Of a DNA stretch of 34,352 bases, positions 1 to 8,745 are shown piece after piece. Position 1 is the first letter of the stretch. Every line of letters begins with the position of its first letter. Position numbers and translations under genes: made by a program. Origin of the DNA: a virus (lineage: Duplodnaviria > Heunggongvirae > Uroviricota > Caudoviricetes); the IMG/VR virus record IMGVR_UViG_2660238524_000004; one strand, written 5' to 3'. The notes under the pieces were generated by a model that saw only the letters and a list, made by a program, of their open reading frames with translations, was not told the origin of the DNA and ran no database searches.

Positions 1-996
1 TTATGGACGCATTATGGACATTCCTGACACCGGGTTAAGAGTCACAGCATCTTGTAAGAAATCCGGTGCAAAGTGTGCGTAGGTCATAGTTTGCTGAATG
101 TTAGAATGACCCAGGATGCGCTGCAATGTGATTATGTTACCTCCATTCATTATAAAATGTGTGGCAAATGTATGCCTCAAAACATGTACTGCTTGTCCGT
201 CAGGTAAATCGGGTTTTACTTCCCTGAGAGCGTTACGCACTTTGTAGTAACTGGCATTAAAAAGCCTGCCTGAATTTTTGGTCTTGATCCGTTTAATCAG
301 GTCCTGCGAAACGGGAATTGTCCTGCGTTTTCCGTTTTTAGTTTTCATAAACGTAACCATCTGGTTAATGATGTGTTCAGCTTTTAAATTAGACACTTCA
401 CTCCAGCGTCCACCAGTAGAAAGGCAGACCAGAGTTGCATTTAATTCATCACCATCAAGCATGGATAACAGCCGCGTAATCTCTTCACTGGACAAAAAAG
501 CCATTTCCGTAACAGCTTCACGTAACCGTTTAATCTCACGGAACGGGTTGTGGGAGTGGTATTCACCGGCGTCAATTAACTTGGTGAACATCCCGCTCAT
601 TATTGCCAGATGTCGATTTACGCTGGCTGGTTTTAGACCATCGTTCATCATTACAACGCGATAATCAGTTATCGTTTTCTTTGTTAGCTGGTCAGCTCTG
701 GACACTCCCATTTCTGCAAATTTGGCGATTATTGTCGTTAAACGCCCCCGTTCAATATCTCCACGCTCATGTGATTTTCCGTGATATATCCACCATCTAC
801 CTAACAACTCTGTAAGAGTTCGGCGGTCGGCTGGTTTCTCCAACCACTCTTTGTTGTGGTAGTTAACCAGTACATGACGTTCGAATGCCTGAGCTTCACC
901 TTTAGTTTTAAATTTCCGCCTGATACGTTTTCCATCTGCACCCTGCGGTCTGACGTCCACTTCATAACGACCATCATCGAGCTTTTTAATAGACAT
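1..996 (-). CDS. int: Tyrosine integrase, P2 Int-like (331 aa); stop codon is at window positions 1-3
   Basis: Full ORF on minus strand; C-terminal catalytic region with HxxR...Y pattern (VLRHTFATHF ... TMTYAHF) typical of tyrosine recombinases; position next to the C repressor as in P2. Confidence 0.9.
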   Translation of the reverse strand: MSIKKLDDGRYEVDVRPQGADGKRIRRKFKTKGEAQAFERHVLVNYHNKEWLEKPADRRTLTELLGRWWIYHGKSHERGDIERGRLTTIIAKFAEMGVSRADQLTKKTITDYRVVMMNDGLKPASVNRHLAIMSGMFTKLIDAGEYHSHNPFREIKRLREAVTEMAFLSSEEITRLLSMLDGDELNATLVCLSTGGRWSEVSNLKAEHIINQMVTFMKTKNGKRRTIPVSQDLIKRIKTKNSGRLFNASYYKVRNALREVKPDLPDGQAVHVLRHTFATHFIMNGGNIITLQRILGHSNIQQTMTYAHFAPDFLQDAVTLNPVSGMSIMRP

Positions 997-1089
997 AAAG
1001 CCCTCCGATGACGCTGTTTACTTCTACTACTTGAAAATTAATGCAATTTTCTTTCGTACATTTACTACACACATATGCTGAATAAATCG

Positions 1090-1407
1090 TCAGCCAGTCT
1101 TCTGGTCTGAGTGGTGCAAGGTTGTTGAGTCTTGCCCAATGTGTGCGAGAGCCGGGGCTATTTGTCCAGCTGCTGGATCTGTTTCATCAAACATGAACCA
1201 GTCACGATACTTGCGAAAGCGTGGATGCTTAAACAGCTTCATACCTGCTTCCATAGGCATTTTTGATTTTCCTGATTCATATCCATGATATGTGTAGTAA
1301 TTAATTCCAATTAATTCAGCAAGTTCCTTAGTTTTAAGGCGTTCGGATTCACGGATGAGCTTTAGTTTCTCACTTTGTTCACTTGACATAATTTTGCTAA
1401 TCTCCAA
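1090..1407 (-). CDS. C: Immunity repressor, P2 C-like HTH protein (105 aa)
   Basis: Small ORF divergent from cox; HTH segment (TKELAELIGINYYTYHGYESGKS); C-terminal GQIAPALAHIGQ...HSDQKTG closely resembles my recollection of the P2 C C-terminus. Confidence 0.8.
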   Translation of the reverse strand: MEISKIMSSEQSEKLKLIRESERLKTKELAELIGINYYTYHGYESGKSKMPMEAGMKLFKHPRFRKYRDWFMFDETDPAAGQIAPALAHIGQDSTTLHHSDQKTG

Positions 1408-1497
1408 TTATATTGCTACTTGGCAATTTGTGACTCACTCAAAAAGGCTCTAGATGGCTCCAGTTGGTGAATCGCAAATCTTATGGAGGATAGCAAA
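1408..1497. promoter_or_regulatory. C/cox divergent switch region (expected face-to-face Pc/Pe promoters and operators)
   Basis: Intergenic region between divergently oriented repressor and cox-like genes; architecture of P2-type lysis/lysogeny switch; individual -10/-35 elements not confidently assigned. Confidence 0.45.
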
Positions 1498-1854
1498 GTG
1501 ACGACAAATGTAGAAATTTCTTGTCCAACTAGCGATGAGGCAAGTTTCGAAAATGAAGCCAAACGTAAAAGCATTCAGATTTCAGAGCGCCCATCTGATT
1601 TGCTGTCGAAAGAAGGTTTTGCTCTTTACATCGGTAAGACACCACGCGCGGTGGCTGAAATGGCTAAAGCAGGAAAGCTGCCAGCCTTCTACATGACAGA
1701 CCCATTAAAACCAAGAGGGAAAGCTGAATTATGGATTAATCGCTGTGAGTGGGACAAGTACGCAGCCCAACTGGTTGATGAAGCTCCGACAGAATGGCAT
1801 GACTGGAAAAATCGCATTAGTTACAGCAAATCAAGACATGGCCGTGCGGCTTAA
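1498..1854 (+). CDS. cox: Cox-like excisionase / early transcriptional regulator
   Basis: ORF track 1483..1854; HTH-like segment FALYIGKTPRAVAEMAKAGKLPAFYMTDP resembles P2 Cox; strong GGAGGA (1486-1491) precedes GTG at 1498 so that start is preferred; start uncertain, and the product is longer than the 91-aa P2 Cox. Confidence 0.6.
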   Translation: MTTNVEISCPTSDEASFENEAKRKSIQISERPSDLLSKEGFALYIGKTPRAVAEMAKAGKLPAFYMTDPLKPRGKAELWINRCEWDKYAAQLVDEAPTEWHDWKNRISYSKSRHGRAA

Positions 1855-1864
1855 GGTGGAAAGG

Positions 1865-2035
1865 ATGAACGAGCCTCGTTGTATTGCTCAGTTATTGCGT
1901 AACGAAAGCCCCAGGGCGATTGACTTTACCATCACCCACGGGAAGGGACGCAAGGGAATCATTATCCGCACCAAAAAACAGAGTCCGTTAAAAAAGGCTC
2001 TGACCTTTCTGAAAAGCCAGAGGGTATGGAAATGA
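1865..2035 (+). CDS. Small hypothetical early protein (56 aa), position of P2 orf78
   Basis: ATG at 1865 preceded by GGAAAGG; upstream part of ORF-track ORF 1745..2035 overlaps cox in another frame and was trimmed. Confidence 0.3.
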   Translation: MNEPRCIAQLLRNESPRAIDFTITHGKGRKGIIIRTKKQSPLKKALTFLKSQRVWK

Positions 2036-2532
2036 CAGTGATGACGCTCAATCTCGTTGAAAAACAGCCAGCAACTATGCGCCGGATAATTGGTAAGCAT
2101 CTGGCCGTCCCTCGCTGGCAGGAGACATGCGATTATTATAATCAGATGATGGAACGTGAACGGCTAACGGTTTGCTTCCATGCGCAGTTAAAACAGCGTC
2201 ACGCAACGATGCGTTTTGAAGAAATGAACGACGTCGAACGTGAACGACTGGTATGTGCAATTGATGAATTGCGTGGGGCATTCTCAAAACGCCGTCAGGT
2301 TGGCGCAAGTGAGTATGCATATATTAGTTTTTTAACAGTCAGTCAGCGTCGCACTTTATTTATGCACGCTCGACTGACAGAAAAAGAATTTAACCAGCCA
2401 TACTGGCGAATTAATGAAGAATCATGTTACTGGCGTGATGCTTTATTCCGTGCATTACGTGAATTATTCAGTCTGTTTGAGTATGCACCGACAATTCTGA
2501 CGTCGGTAAAACCAGAGCAATATCTGCATTAA
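2026..2532 (+). CDS. B: Replication gene B-like protein (166-168 aa)
   Basis: Size and position (between cox/orf78 and orf80) match P2 gene B; alternative start at 2032 gives 166 aa; assignment by synteny, sequence not independently recognised. Confidence 0.5.
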   Translation: MEMTVMTLNLVEKQPATMRRIIGKHLAVPRWQETCDYYNQMMERERLTVCFHAQLKQRHATMRFEEMNDVERERLVCAIDELRGAFSKRRQVGASEYAYISFLTVSQRRTLFMHARLTEKEFNQPYWRINEESCYWRDALFRALRELFSLFEYAPTILTSVKPEQYLH

Positions 2533-2562
2533 GTAATTAACCAGAGTTTTCAACGCACTTAA

Positions 2563-2820
2563 TTGTGCGGGGCTTCTTTTTGCCTGGAGAAAGTCATGCA
2601 TACAGTTTCTGAAAATCAGTGCGGTATATACGCATTACTGCTGCAACAGGCCAGAACCGAAGCACAGGCCGACGCTGCGACGCGCTTTTCTTCTCATCTT
2701 GACGCCATGATTCGCCACATCACAAAGGCTGAGTTATCCCGCGTGGAGATAGTCGAGCTGCTCAGTCAGGAGTCGGAAAAATTTCACAATATCGGATTGT
2801 CTCGTGGGGAGGTGCTTTGA
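2563..2820 (+). CDS. Hypothetical early protein (85 aa), P2 orf80 position
   Basis: ORF in the co-directional early operon, abutting the next gene with a 4-nt overlap. Confidence 0.45.
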
Positions 2821-3122
2821 TGTCCTGTTCTCGTTCAATTGTATTACTGAATAACGCCTTAAAAATCGCCGTTATGGAAAATGGCGATTTGTCTCTTATT
2901 CAACTTGGTCTTGATAAAGAAAAGCGCGACATAACTGAATCTGTTATCGCGATTTATCAGAGCGAATTAAACCTCCTGTCTGATGTGATCAATTTACTTG
3001 TGAAACGCGCTGTATTTCACAAGCAAATTTCCTCAGTGGATGAACTGACAAAATTAACGACAGAACTCGCCAGCTATTGCGCTGATGAATTTAAAAAACT
3101 TAACGACAAAAGGAGCTGGTAA
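2817..3122 (+). CDS. Hypothetical early protein (101 aa), P2 orf81 position
   Basis: ORF with ATGA-type overlap to neighbours in the early operon. Confidence 0.45.
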
Positions 3123-3346
3123 TGCCGGACAACGTAGATTTTATTCAGGAACAACAGGCTGAATTACTGGAGCGTCAGATTAACGCGGCAAGGGTAAAAC
3201 ATTGCGGTGCTTCTGCGCTGGTTTGCGAAGAGTGTGACGCGCCAATACCTGCTGCCCGTCGTGCGGCTTATCCGTCAGCCACGCGTTGTGTTTCCTGTCA
3301 GTCAGTCTTTGAAGCAAAAAACAAACATTACCGGAGAACGGCATGA
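3122..3346 (+). CDS. TraR/DksA-family C4 zinc-finger protein (74 aa), P2 orf82 position
   Basis: Four cysteines in CxxC...CxxC arrangement (CEECDAPIPAARRAAYPSATRCVSC) after a short helical N-terminus, typical of phage TraR-like proteins. Confidence 0.7.
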   Translation: MPDNVDFIQEQQAELLERQINAARVKHCGASALVCEECDAPIPAARRAAYPSATRCVSCQSVFEAKNKHYRRTA

Positions 3347-3618
3347 GTATTCGTATCGAAATTGACGAACGTTATGTCGTTACCAGTGACAGCTTTCAGT
3401 TTATTCTCCACGAGAAAAAGAGAGCGGAAAGCGGTAAAAATGCCGGTCAGGAATGGCTGGCGGTGGTTGGTTATTACCCGAAATTAAGCCAGCTCGTTTC
3501 CGGCCTGATGCATCACGATATTCTGACCGGAAGCGCAAAATCTTTTGCCGATTTAAACGCGCAGGTTGAGCAACTCAGCAAGCGTTGTTCAGAGGCTTTT
3601 GGCTCACATGGCCGTTAA
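3343..3618 (+). CDS. Hypothetical early protein (91 aa), P2 orf83 position
   Basis: ORF overlapping upstream stop and the start of gene A. Confidence 0.5.
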   Translation: MSIRIEIDERYVVTSDSFQFILHEKKRAESGKNAGQEWLAVVGYYPKLSQLVSGLMHHDILTGSAKSFADLNAQVEQLSKRCSEAFGSHGR

Positions 3619-5893
3619 AGCCTCAGGGCGTTTTGTCCCTCCGTCAGCATTTGCTGCAGGCACCGGTAAGGCGTTTACTGGTGCTTATGCATGGAACGCG
3701 CCACGCGAGGCTGTCGGGCGCGAAAGACCTCTTACACGTGACGAGATGCGTCAGGTGCAAGGTGTTTTATCCACGATTAACCGCCTGCCTTACTTTTTGC
3801 GCTCGCTGTTTACTTCACGCTATGACTACATCCGGCGCAATAAAAGCCCGGTGCACGGGTTTTATTTCCTCACATCCACTTTTCAGCGTCGTTTATGGCC
3901 GCGCATTGAGCGTGTGAATCAGCGCCATGAAATGAACACCGACGCGTCGTTGCTGTTTCTGGCAGAGCGTGACCACTATGCGCGCCTGCCGGGAATGAAT
4001 GACAAGGAGCTGAAAAAGTTTGCTGCCCGTATCTCATCGCAGCTTTTCATGATGTATGAGGAACTCAGCGATGCCTGGGTGGATGCGCATGGCGAAAAAG
4101 AATCGCTGTTTACGGATGAGGCGCAGGCTCACCTCTATGGTCATGTTGCTGGCGCTGCACGTGCTTTCAATATTTCCCCGCTCTACTGGAAAAAATACCG
4201 TAAAGGGCAGATGACCACGAGGCAGGCATATTCTGCCATTGCCCGCCTGTTTAACGATGAGTGGTGGACTCATCAGCTTAAAGGCCAGCGTATGCGCTGG
4301 CATGAGGCGTTACTGATTGCTGTCGGGGAGGTGAATAAAGACCGTTCTCCTTATGCCAGTAAACATGCCATTCGTGATGTGCGTGCACGCCGCCAGGCAA
4401 ATCTGGAATTTCTTAAATCGTGTGACCTTGAAAACAGGGAAACCGGCGAGCGCATCGACCTTATCAGTAAGGTGATGGGCAGTATTTCTAATCCTGAAAT
4501 TCGCCGGATGGAGCTGATGAACACCATTGCCGGTATTGAGCGTTACGCCGCCGCAGAGGGTGATGTGGGGATGTTTATCACGCTGACCACGCCGTCAAAG
4601 TATCACCCGACACGTCAGGTCGGAAAAGGCGAAAGTAAAACCGTCCAGCTTAATCACGGCTGGAATGATGAGGCATTTAATCCAAAGGATGCGCAGCGTT
4701 ATCTCTGCCGTATCTGGAGCCTGATGCGCACGGCATTCAAGGATAATGATTTACAGGCCTACGGTTTGCGTGTTGTTGAACCACACCACGACGGAACGCC
4801 GCACTGGCATATGATGCTTTTTTGTAATCCACGCCAGCGTAACCAGATTATTGAAATCATGCGTCGCTATGCGCTCAAAGAGGATGGCGACGAAAGAGGA
4901 GCCGCGCGAAACCGTTTTCAGGCAAAACACCTTAACCGGGGCGGTGCTGCGGGATATATCGCGAAATACATCTCAAAAAACATCGACGGCTATGCACTGG
5001 ATGGTCAGCTCGATAATGATACCGGTAGGCCGCTGAAAGACACAGCTGCTGCTGTTACCGCATGGGCGTCAACGTGGCGCATTCCGCAATTTAAAACGGT
5101 TGGTCTGCCGACAATGGGGGCTTACCGTGAACTACGCAAATTGCCTCGCGGCGTCAGCATTGCTGATGAGTTTGACGAGCGCGTCGAGGCTGCACGCGCC
5201 GCTGCAGACAGTGGTGATTTTGCGTTGTATATCAGCGCGCAGGGCGGGGCAAATGTCCCGCGCGATTGCCAGACTGTCAGGGTCGCCCGTAGCCCGTCGG
5301 ATGACGTTAACGAGTACGAGGAAGAAGTCGAGAGAGTGGTCGGCATTTACGCGCCGCATCTCGGCGCGCGTCATATTCATATCACCAGAACGACGGACTG
5401 GCGCATTGTTCCGAAAGTGCCGGTCGTTGAGCCTTTGACTTTAAAAAGCGGCATCGCCGCGCCTCGGAGTCCTGTCAATAACTGTGGAAAGCTCACCGGT
5501 GGTGATACTTCGTTACCGGCTCCCACACCTTCTGAGCACGCCGCAGCCGTGCTTAATCTGGTTGATGACGGAGTTATTGAATGGAATGAACCGGAGGTCG
5601 TGAGGGCGCTCAGGGGCGCATTAAAACACGACCTGCGAACGCCAAACCGTCAGCAGAGAAACGGAAGCCCGTTAAAACTACATGAAATTGCACCATCGGC
5701 CAGACTGACCCGGTCGGAAAGAATGCAAATTACCCGTATCCGCGTTGACCTTGCTCAGAACTGTATCAGGCCGCAGCGATGGGAGTTTGAGGCGCTGGCG
5801 CGTGGCGCGACCGTAAATTATGACGGAAAAAAATTCACGTATCCGGTCGCTGATGAGTGGCCGGGATTCTCAACAGTAATGGAGTGGAAATGA
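3608..5893 (+). CDS. A: Rolling-circle replication initiator endonuclease, P2 gpA (about 761 aa)
   Basis: ORF track gives 3566..5893; N-terminus from the ATG at 3608 (MAVKASGRFVPPSAF...) and most of the protein match my recollection of P2 A; HUH-type motif region (PHWHMMLF) and paired active-site tyrosines (YIAKYISK) present. Confidence 0.9.
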   Translation: MAVKASGRFVPPSAFAAGTGKAFTGAYAWNAPREAVGRERPLTRDEMRQVQGVLSTINRLPYFLRSLFTSRYDYIRRNKSPVHGFYFLTSTFQRRLWPRIERVNQRHEMNTDASLLFLAERDHYARLPGMNDKELKKFAARISSQLFMMYEELSDAWVDAHGEKESLFTDEAQAHLYGHVAGAARAFNISPLYWKKYRKGQMTTRQAYSAIARLFNDEWWTHQLKGQRMRWHEALLIAVGEVNKDRSPYASKHAIRDVRARRQANLEFLKSCDLENRETGERIDLISKVMGSISNPEIRRMELMNTIAGIERYAAAEGDVGMFITLTTPSKYHPTRQVGKGESKTVQLNHGWNDEAFNPKDAQRYLCRIWSLMRTAFKDNDLQAYGLRVVEPHHDGTPHWHMMLFCNPRQRNQIIEIMRRYALKEDGDERGAARNRFQAKHLNRGGAAGYIAKYISKNIDGYALDGQLDNDTGRPLKDTAAAVTAWASTWRIPQFKTVGLPTMGAYRELRKLPRGVSIADEFDERVEAARAAADSGDFALYISAQGGANVPRDCQTVRVARSPSDDVNEYEEEVERVVGIYAPHLGARHIHITRTTDWRIVPKVPVVEPLTLKSGIAAPRSPVNNCGKLTGGDTSLPAPTPSEHAAAVLNLVDDGVIEWNEPEVVRALRGALKHDLRTPNRQQRNGSPLKLHEIAPSARLTRSERMQITRIRVDLAQNCIRPQRWEFEALARGATVNYDGKKFTYPVADEWPGFSTVMEWK

Positions 5894-6345
5894 TGGCAAA
5901 AATTCACGAGGTAAAGCTGCACGCCAAATATTTTGACCTTGTGCTGGAAGGAAAGAAACGCGCAGAGTTTCGGAAAAATGACCGTAATTATGAGCGCGGG
6001 GACACGTTGATTTTGCATGAATGGGTACAGGGTGTGTATACGGGGCGAAAGGTTGAAGCCCGGATAACAGATGTTACTGACCTGTCAGACTGGCTGGAAG
6101 ATTATGTCTTGCTAAGTATTGAGCTGCTTAATACAGGCGCATATGAGATTGTGAACTGGAAAGAACTTAGTGAGCGTGGTCTGGTATTCAGAATTAATCA
6201 TGAAATTATGCATCAGCTCGGCCTTTCTGTTATGTATGAACCAGAGACGGGGATGTCTGGCGGGGCAATGGTTGCCACGGATGGAGCATGGAACTATTCA
6301 GATGAACAGATGGAGCGTGCACAGCAAAACGGGTGGCTTGGATAA
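5890..6345 (+). CDS. ASCH/EVE-like small protein (about 151 aa), P2 orf91 position
   Basis: ATG overlapping gene A stop (ATGATG at 5890-5895); N-terminal beta-barrel-like segment (KIHEVKLHAKYFDLVLEGKKRAEFRKNDRNYERGDTLILHEW) resembles ASCH/DUF3850-type domains; fold assignment is an impression only. Confidence 0.55.
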   Translation: MMAKIHEVKLHAKYFDLVLEGKKRAEFRKNDRNYERGDTLILHEWVQGVYTGRKVEARITDVTDLSDWLEDYVLLSIELLNTGAYEIVNWKELSERGLVFRINHEIMHQLGLSVMYEPETGMSGGAMVATDGAWNYSDEQMERAQQNGWLG

Positions 6346-6551
6346 TGCACAGAATACCAGGCGAGATACCGCAACATAAAACTAAAAATATCAAGCTGAT
6401 GGCTATTGTTCACCGTCTACAGCAGATTATGGTTAACGAAAATCTGACGCCTGACGAGCTGGTCGGGTGTGCCGAAATAGTCCGGGATAATTACGGGCGG
6501 TTTAACCATATCGGTCAATCCAGAGTTATGCCACCACCACGCAGACGATAG
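6345..6551 (+). CDS. Small hypothetical protein (68 aa)
   Basis: ATG overlapping the orf91 stop (TAATG); no recognisable motif; could be spurious. Confidence 0.25.
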   Translation: MHRIPGEIPQHKTKNIKLMAIVHRLQQIMVNENLTPDELVGCAEIVRDNYGRFNHIGQSRVMPPPRRR

Positions 6552-6780
6552 AGAACGCCGCCAGTCGTGAAACTTGTTTTCAGGGCTGGCGGGGTTGAAC
6601 AACGAGCGAAGCGAGGCGTTAGTTGACAGTAATATTTTTACTGCGTTGGTGCTGGTTTTTGACGGTTGAAAGGAGTTAGCTCGGAGAGCTAAAGCTAACA
6701 ACTTACAAATATTCAAAAGTAAGCTTCCTGTTGCTAACATAAGGTCGATTTTTTATGTGGATGATGCAAAAAGGATAGCT

Positions 6781-7512
6781 ATGGATACTGTAATCGCTTT
6801 TCTATCACTCGCTTTTTTCGTTGCTTTTTTCATCGGGTTAATCAAACCATCACTGGTGCGGATGCCAAACCGTAAACGTGCAAGTGCGGTTTATCTCGGA
6901 GGAGGTTTTGTATTGAGCATAATTGGTTCAATACTCTATCCAACAGAAAAAAGCCAGCCAGTTGCTAAAACTGAAACATCAACCGTTGCAGAACACCAAG
7001 TCCAAAAAACATTCGAATATGGTGGAAAAACACTCAAGGAATATCGGAACGAGCCAAAGAAAACTCGACACGATATTGTAAATAGTTACATTGATTTTAA
7101 GGAAGTGCCAGTCACCGCATCAGATGCATTTTATGCCTGCATGAGTGAATATACTTTTACCAAAGATGATGAGTTGAAACTCGGTGATGTTCTTGGATGG
7201 TGCTTTAATGATTATGAAAAAGATCCGCAATCACTAAACAATAAAATCAACCTTGATACATTTCAGAGTAATTTTAGTGGTTGGGATGGTTCTTATCGAC
7301 CATTGGAAAAGTTAATTAAAGAGAATATGAACGATGATTCATCTTATAAACATGTGTCAACAGTGTATCATTTAATCCTGAATAAAGACCCTCACGCCAT
7401 TGTGAAAACCACATTTCGCGGTACTAATGCCTATGGTGGTGTCGTGAAGCAAACAATAGCAGCGCGTGTTAATGTGAAAACGGGTGAAATAGTTTCGATA
7501 CTAAATAATTGA
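6781..7512 (+). CDS. Cargo gene 1 at the tin/old-equivalent locus: predicted 2-TM membrane protein with about 180-aa soluble C-terminal domain, unknown function
   Basis: ORF track 6757..7512 (GTG); ATG at 6781 has AGGA 5 nt upstream and is preferred; two hydrophobic segments (VIAFLSLAFFVAFFIGLI and AVYLGGGFVLSIIGSILY); AT-rich relative to backbone; sits where P2 carries tin. Confidence 0.65.
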   Translation: MDTVIAFLSLAFFVAFFIGLIKPSLVRMPNRKRASAVYLGGGFVLSIIGSILYPTEKSQPVAKTETSTVAEHQVQKTFEYGGKTLKEYRNEPKKTRHDIVNSYIDFKEVPVTASDAFYACMSEYTFTKDDELKLGDVLGWCFNDYEKDPQSLNNKINLDTFQSNFSGWDGSYRPLEKLIKENMNDDSSYKHVSTVYHLILNKDPHAIVKTTFRGTNAYGGVVKQTIAARVNVKTGEIVSILNN

Positions 7513-7716
7513 TGGTGATGCCACCGATACTGAAGTTTGATATTGTGTCGGTGGCATTGAAAGATGATCTTAAAGCATGTCTATTTTTTTGTTTTACATG
7601 ATTTTTTTTTGATGTGTTGTGCGTTGTTTTGTTTGTAATTAGAGTGCTTGATGATTTAAATTTCGTTTAAATGTTGTGTGAAAATATTGTGATTTTCTAT
7701 ATCAAGGATTTGTTTC

Positions 7717-8415
7717 ATGAAGTATTGTGGGATAGCTTTAATAATATGTCTTTGCTTGTTTATGTTCGCATTTGGTTTTGTGTTGGGTGGAGTTCAATGG
7801 GCATGGGGCGAGAGTGAAAATAATAGCAAGGTCGCATTTTGGACAATGCTAGGAGGGTGGGTGTCAGGATTGGCTACTCTCGCGGCTGTGGGGGTTTCAT
7901 TATTTACAAGTTATTATGCGATGATTTCAGGCAAAGAGAAAGTTGACGTTGTTTTTGCGCCTATATATACGACCTCTACGGCAAAAAAAGCAGATAAGCT
8001 TTCATTGCAAGATTTGGCTAATATCAAAGTGACAAATTTACACGGTGTGAAGTGTACTATTGTTAATGTTTATATGAAGTTTAGTGATGTTAAGGAACCA
8101 TTAAAGATTAATAACCTTAAACAGGGAGGTAAGCCAATACCTTATACGCTATGTAATATAAGCGATATGTGGGAGTTTGCATTTGGGATGGAGTCAAACC
8201 CTAGATTGAGATTTCTATTGTCAGGGTTGAAATATGAAGGTCGACCATCCTTTAAAAAAGGGCATTTCATCATTGAAACAGCAATGAAACAATACAAGTT
8301 AAAGATGCGGAAAGACTTTCTCTCAATATTACAGAGTGAGTATCAAAGCATAGAGGAAGAATCTAAACGTAACTCAGTTAAATCAGGGTGGTCACGGTAT
8401 AAAAAACTGAATTAA
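7717..8415 (+). CDS. Cargo gene 2 at the tin/old-equivalent locus: predicted 2-TM membrane protein (232 aa) with about 150-aa soluble C-terminal domain, unknown function
   Basis: Clean ORF with its own AT-rich upstream region; hydrophobic segments IALIICLCLFMFAFGFVLGGV and WTMLGGWVSGLATLAAVGVSLF; strongly AT-rich codon usage; occupies the position of P2 old but is far too short to be an Old ATPase-nuclease (586 aa). Confidence 0.7.
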   Translation: MKYCGIALIICLCLFMFAFGFVLGGVQWAWGESENNSKVAFWTMLGGWVSGLATLAAVGVSLFTSYYAMISGKEKVDVVFAPIYTTSTAKKADKLSLQDLANIKVTNLHGVKCTIVNVYMKFSDVKEPLKINNLKQGGKPIPYTLCNISDMWEFAFGMESNPRLRFLLSGLKYEGRPSFKKGHFIIETAMKQYKLKMRKDFLSILQSEYQSIEEESKRNSVKSGWSRYKKLN

Positions 8416-8557
8416 TTACCTAATCAGTTATCATGCATACACAATATGCATGGATTTGCATGCGCAAGCAGCATTCACATTGGTTGTTTTAGTTCAGGAC
8501 TGGTGCTGTTTCGACGTGTTCATGCAACTGCATTAAAACCGACCCATGAAGCGGGCG

Positions 8558-8576
8558 GGCGAGGCGGGGAAAGCAC
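8558..8576. other. P2-type cos cohesive-end sequence (19 nt GGCGAGGCGGGGAAAGCAC)
   Basis: Exact 19-mer that I recall as the P2 cohesive end, at the expected place just beyond the 3' end of portal gene Q. Confidence 0.55.
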
Positions 8577-8745
8577 TGCGCGCTGGCGGTGGTGCTGATT
8601 TTATTTTTTCAGCGTCTGAGCGCGTCGTGACGGCGTTTAGATTGTTCGCCGGGGCGTTGGTGTGTCTGCGGGATGTTTTGTGCGGTGGTGAGCGTGTGAG
8701 GGCGTGATGGCGGGTTGTAAAAAAGCCGCCCGCAGGCGGCGATGT

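Noticed and set aside
1745-1864. Upstream part of ORF 1745..2035 overlapping cox
   Set aside because: It overlaps the cox coding region in another frame; only the portion from the ATG at 1865, which has an RBS, was kept, and at low confidence.
3566-3607. Upstream extension of gene A to the ATG at 3566 (775-aa version)
   Set aside because: The ATG at 3608 gives the N-terminus I recall for P2 A (MAVKASGRF...) and the correct length; the extension would overlap most of the upstream ORF's 3' end.
6417-6740. 107-aa minus-strand ORF spanning the orf91 to cargo intergenic region
   Set aside because: Opposite in orientation to all neighbouring genes, overlaps the small plus-strand ORF and a hairpin; no RBS; likely spurious.
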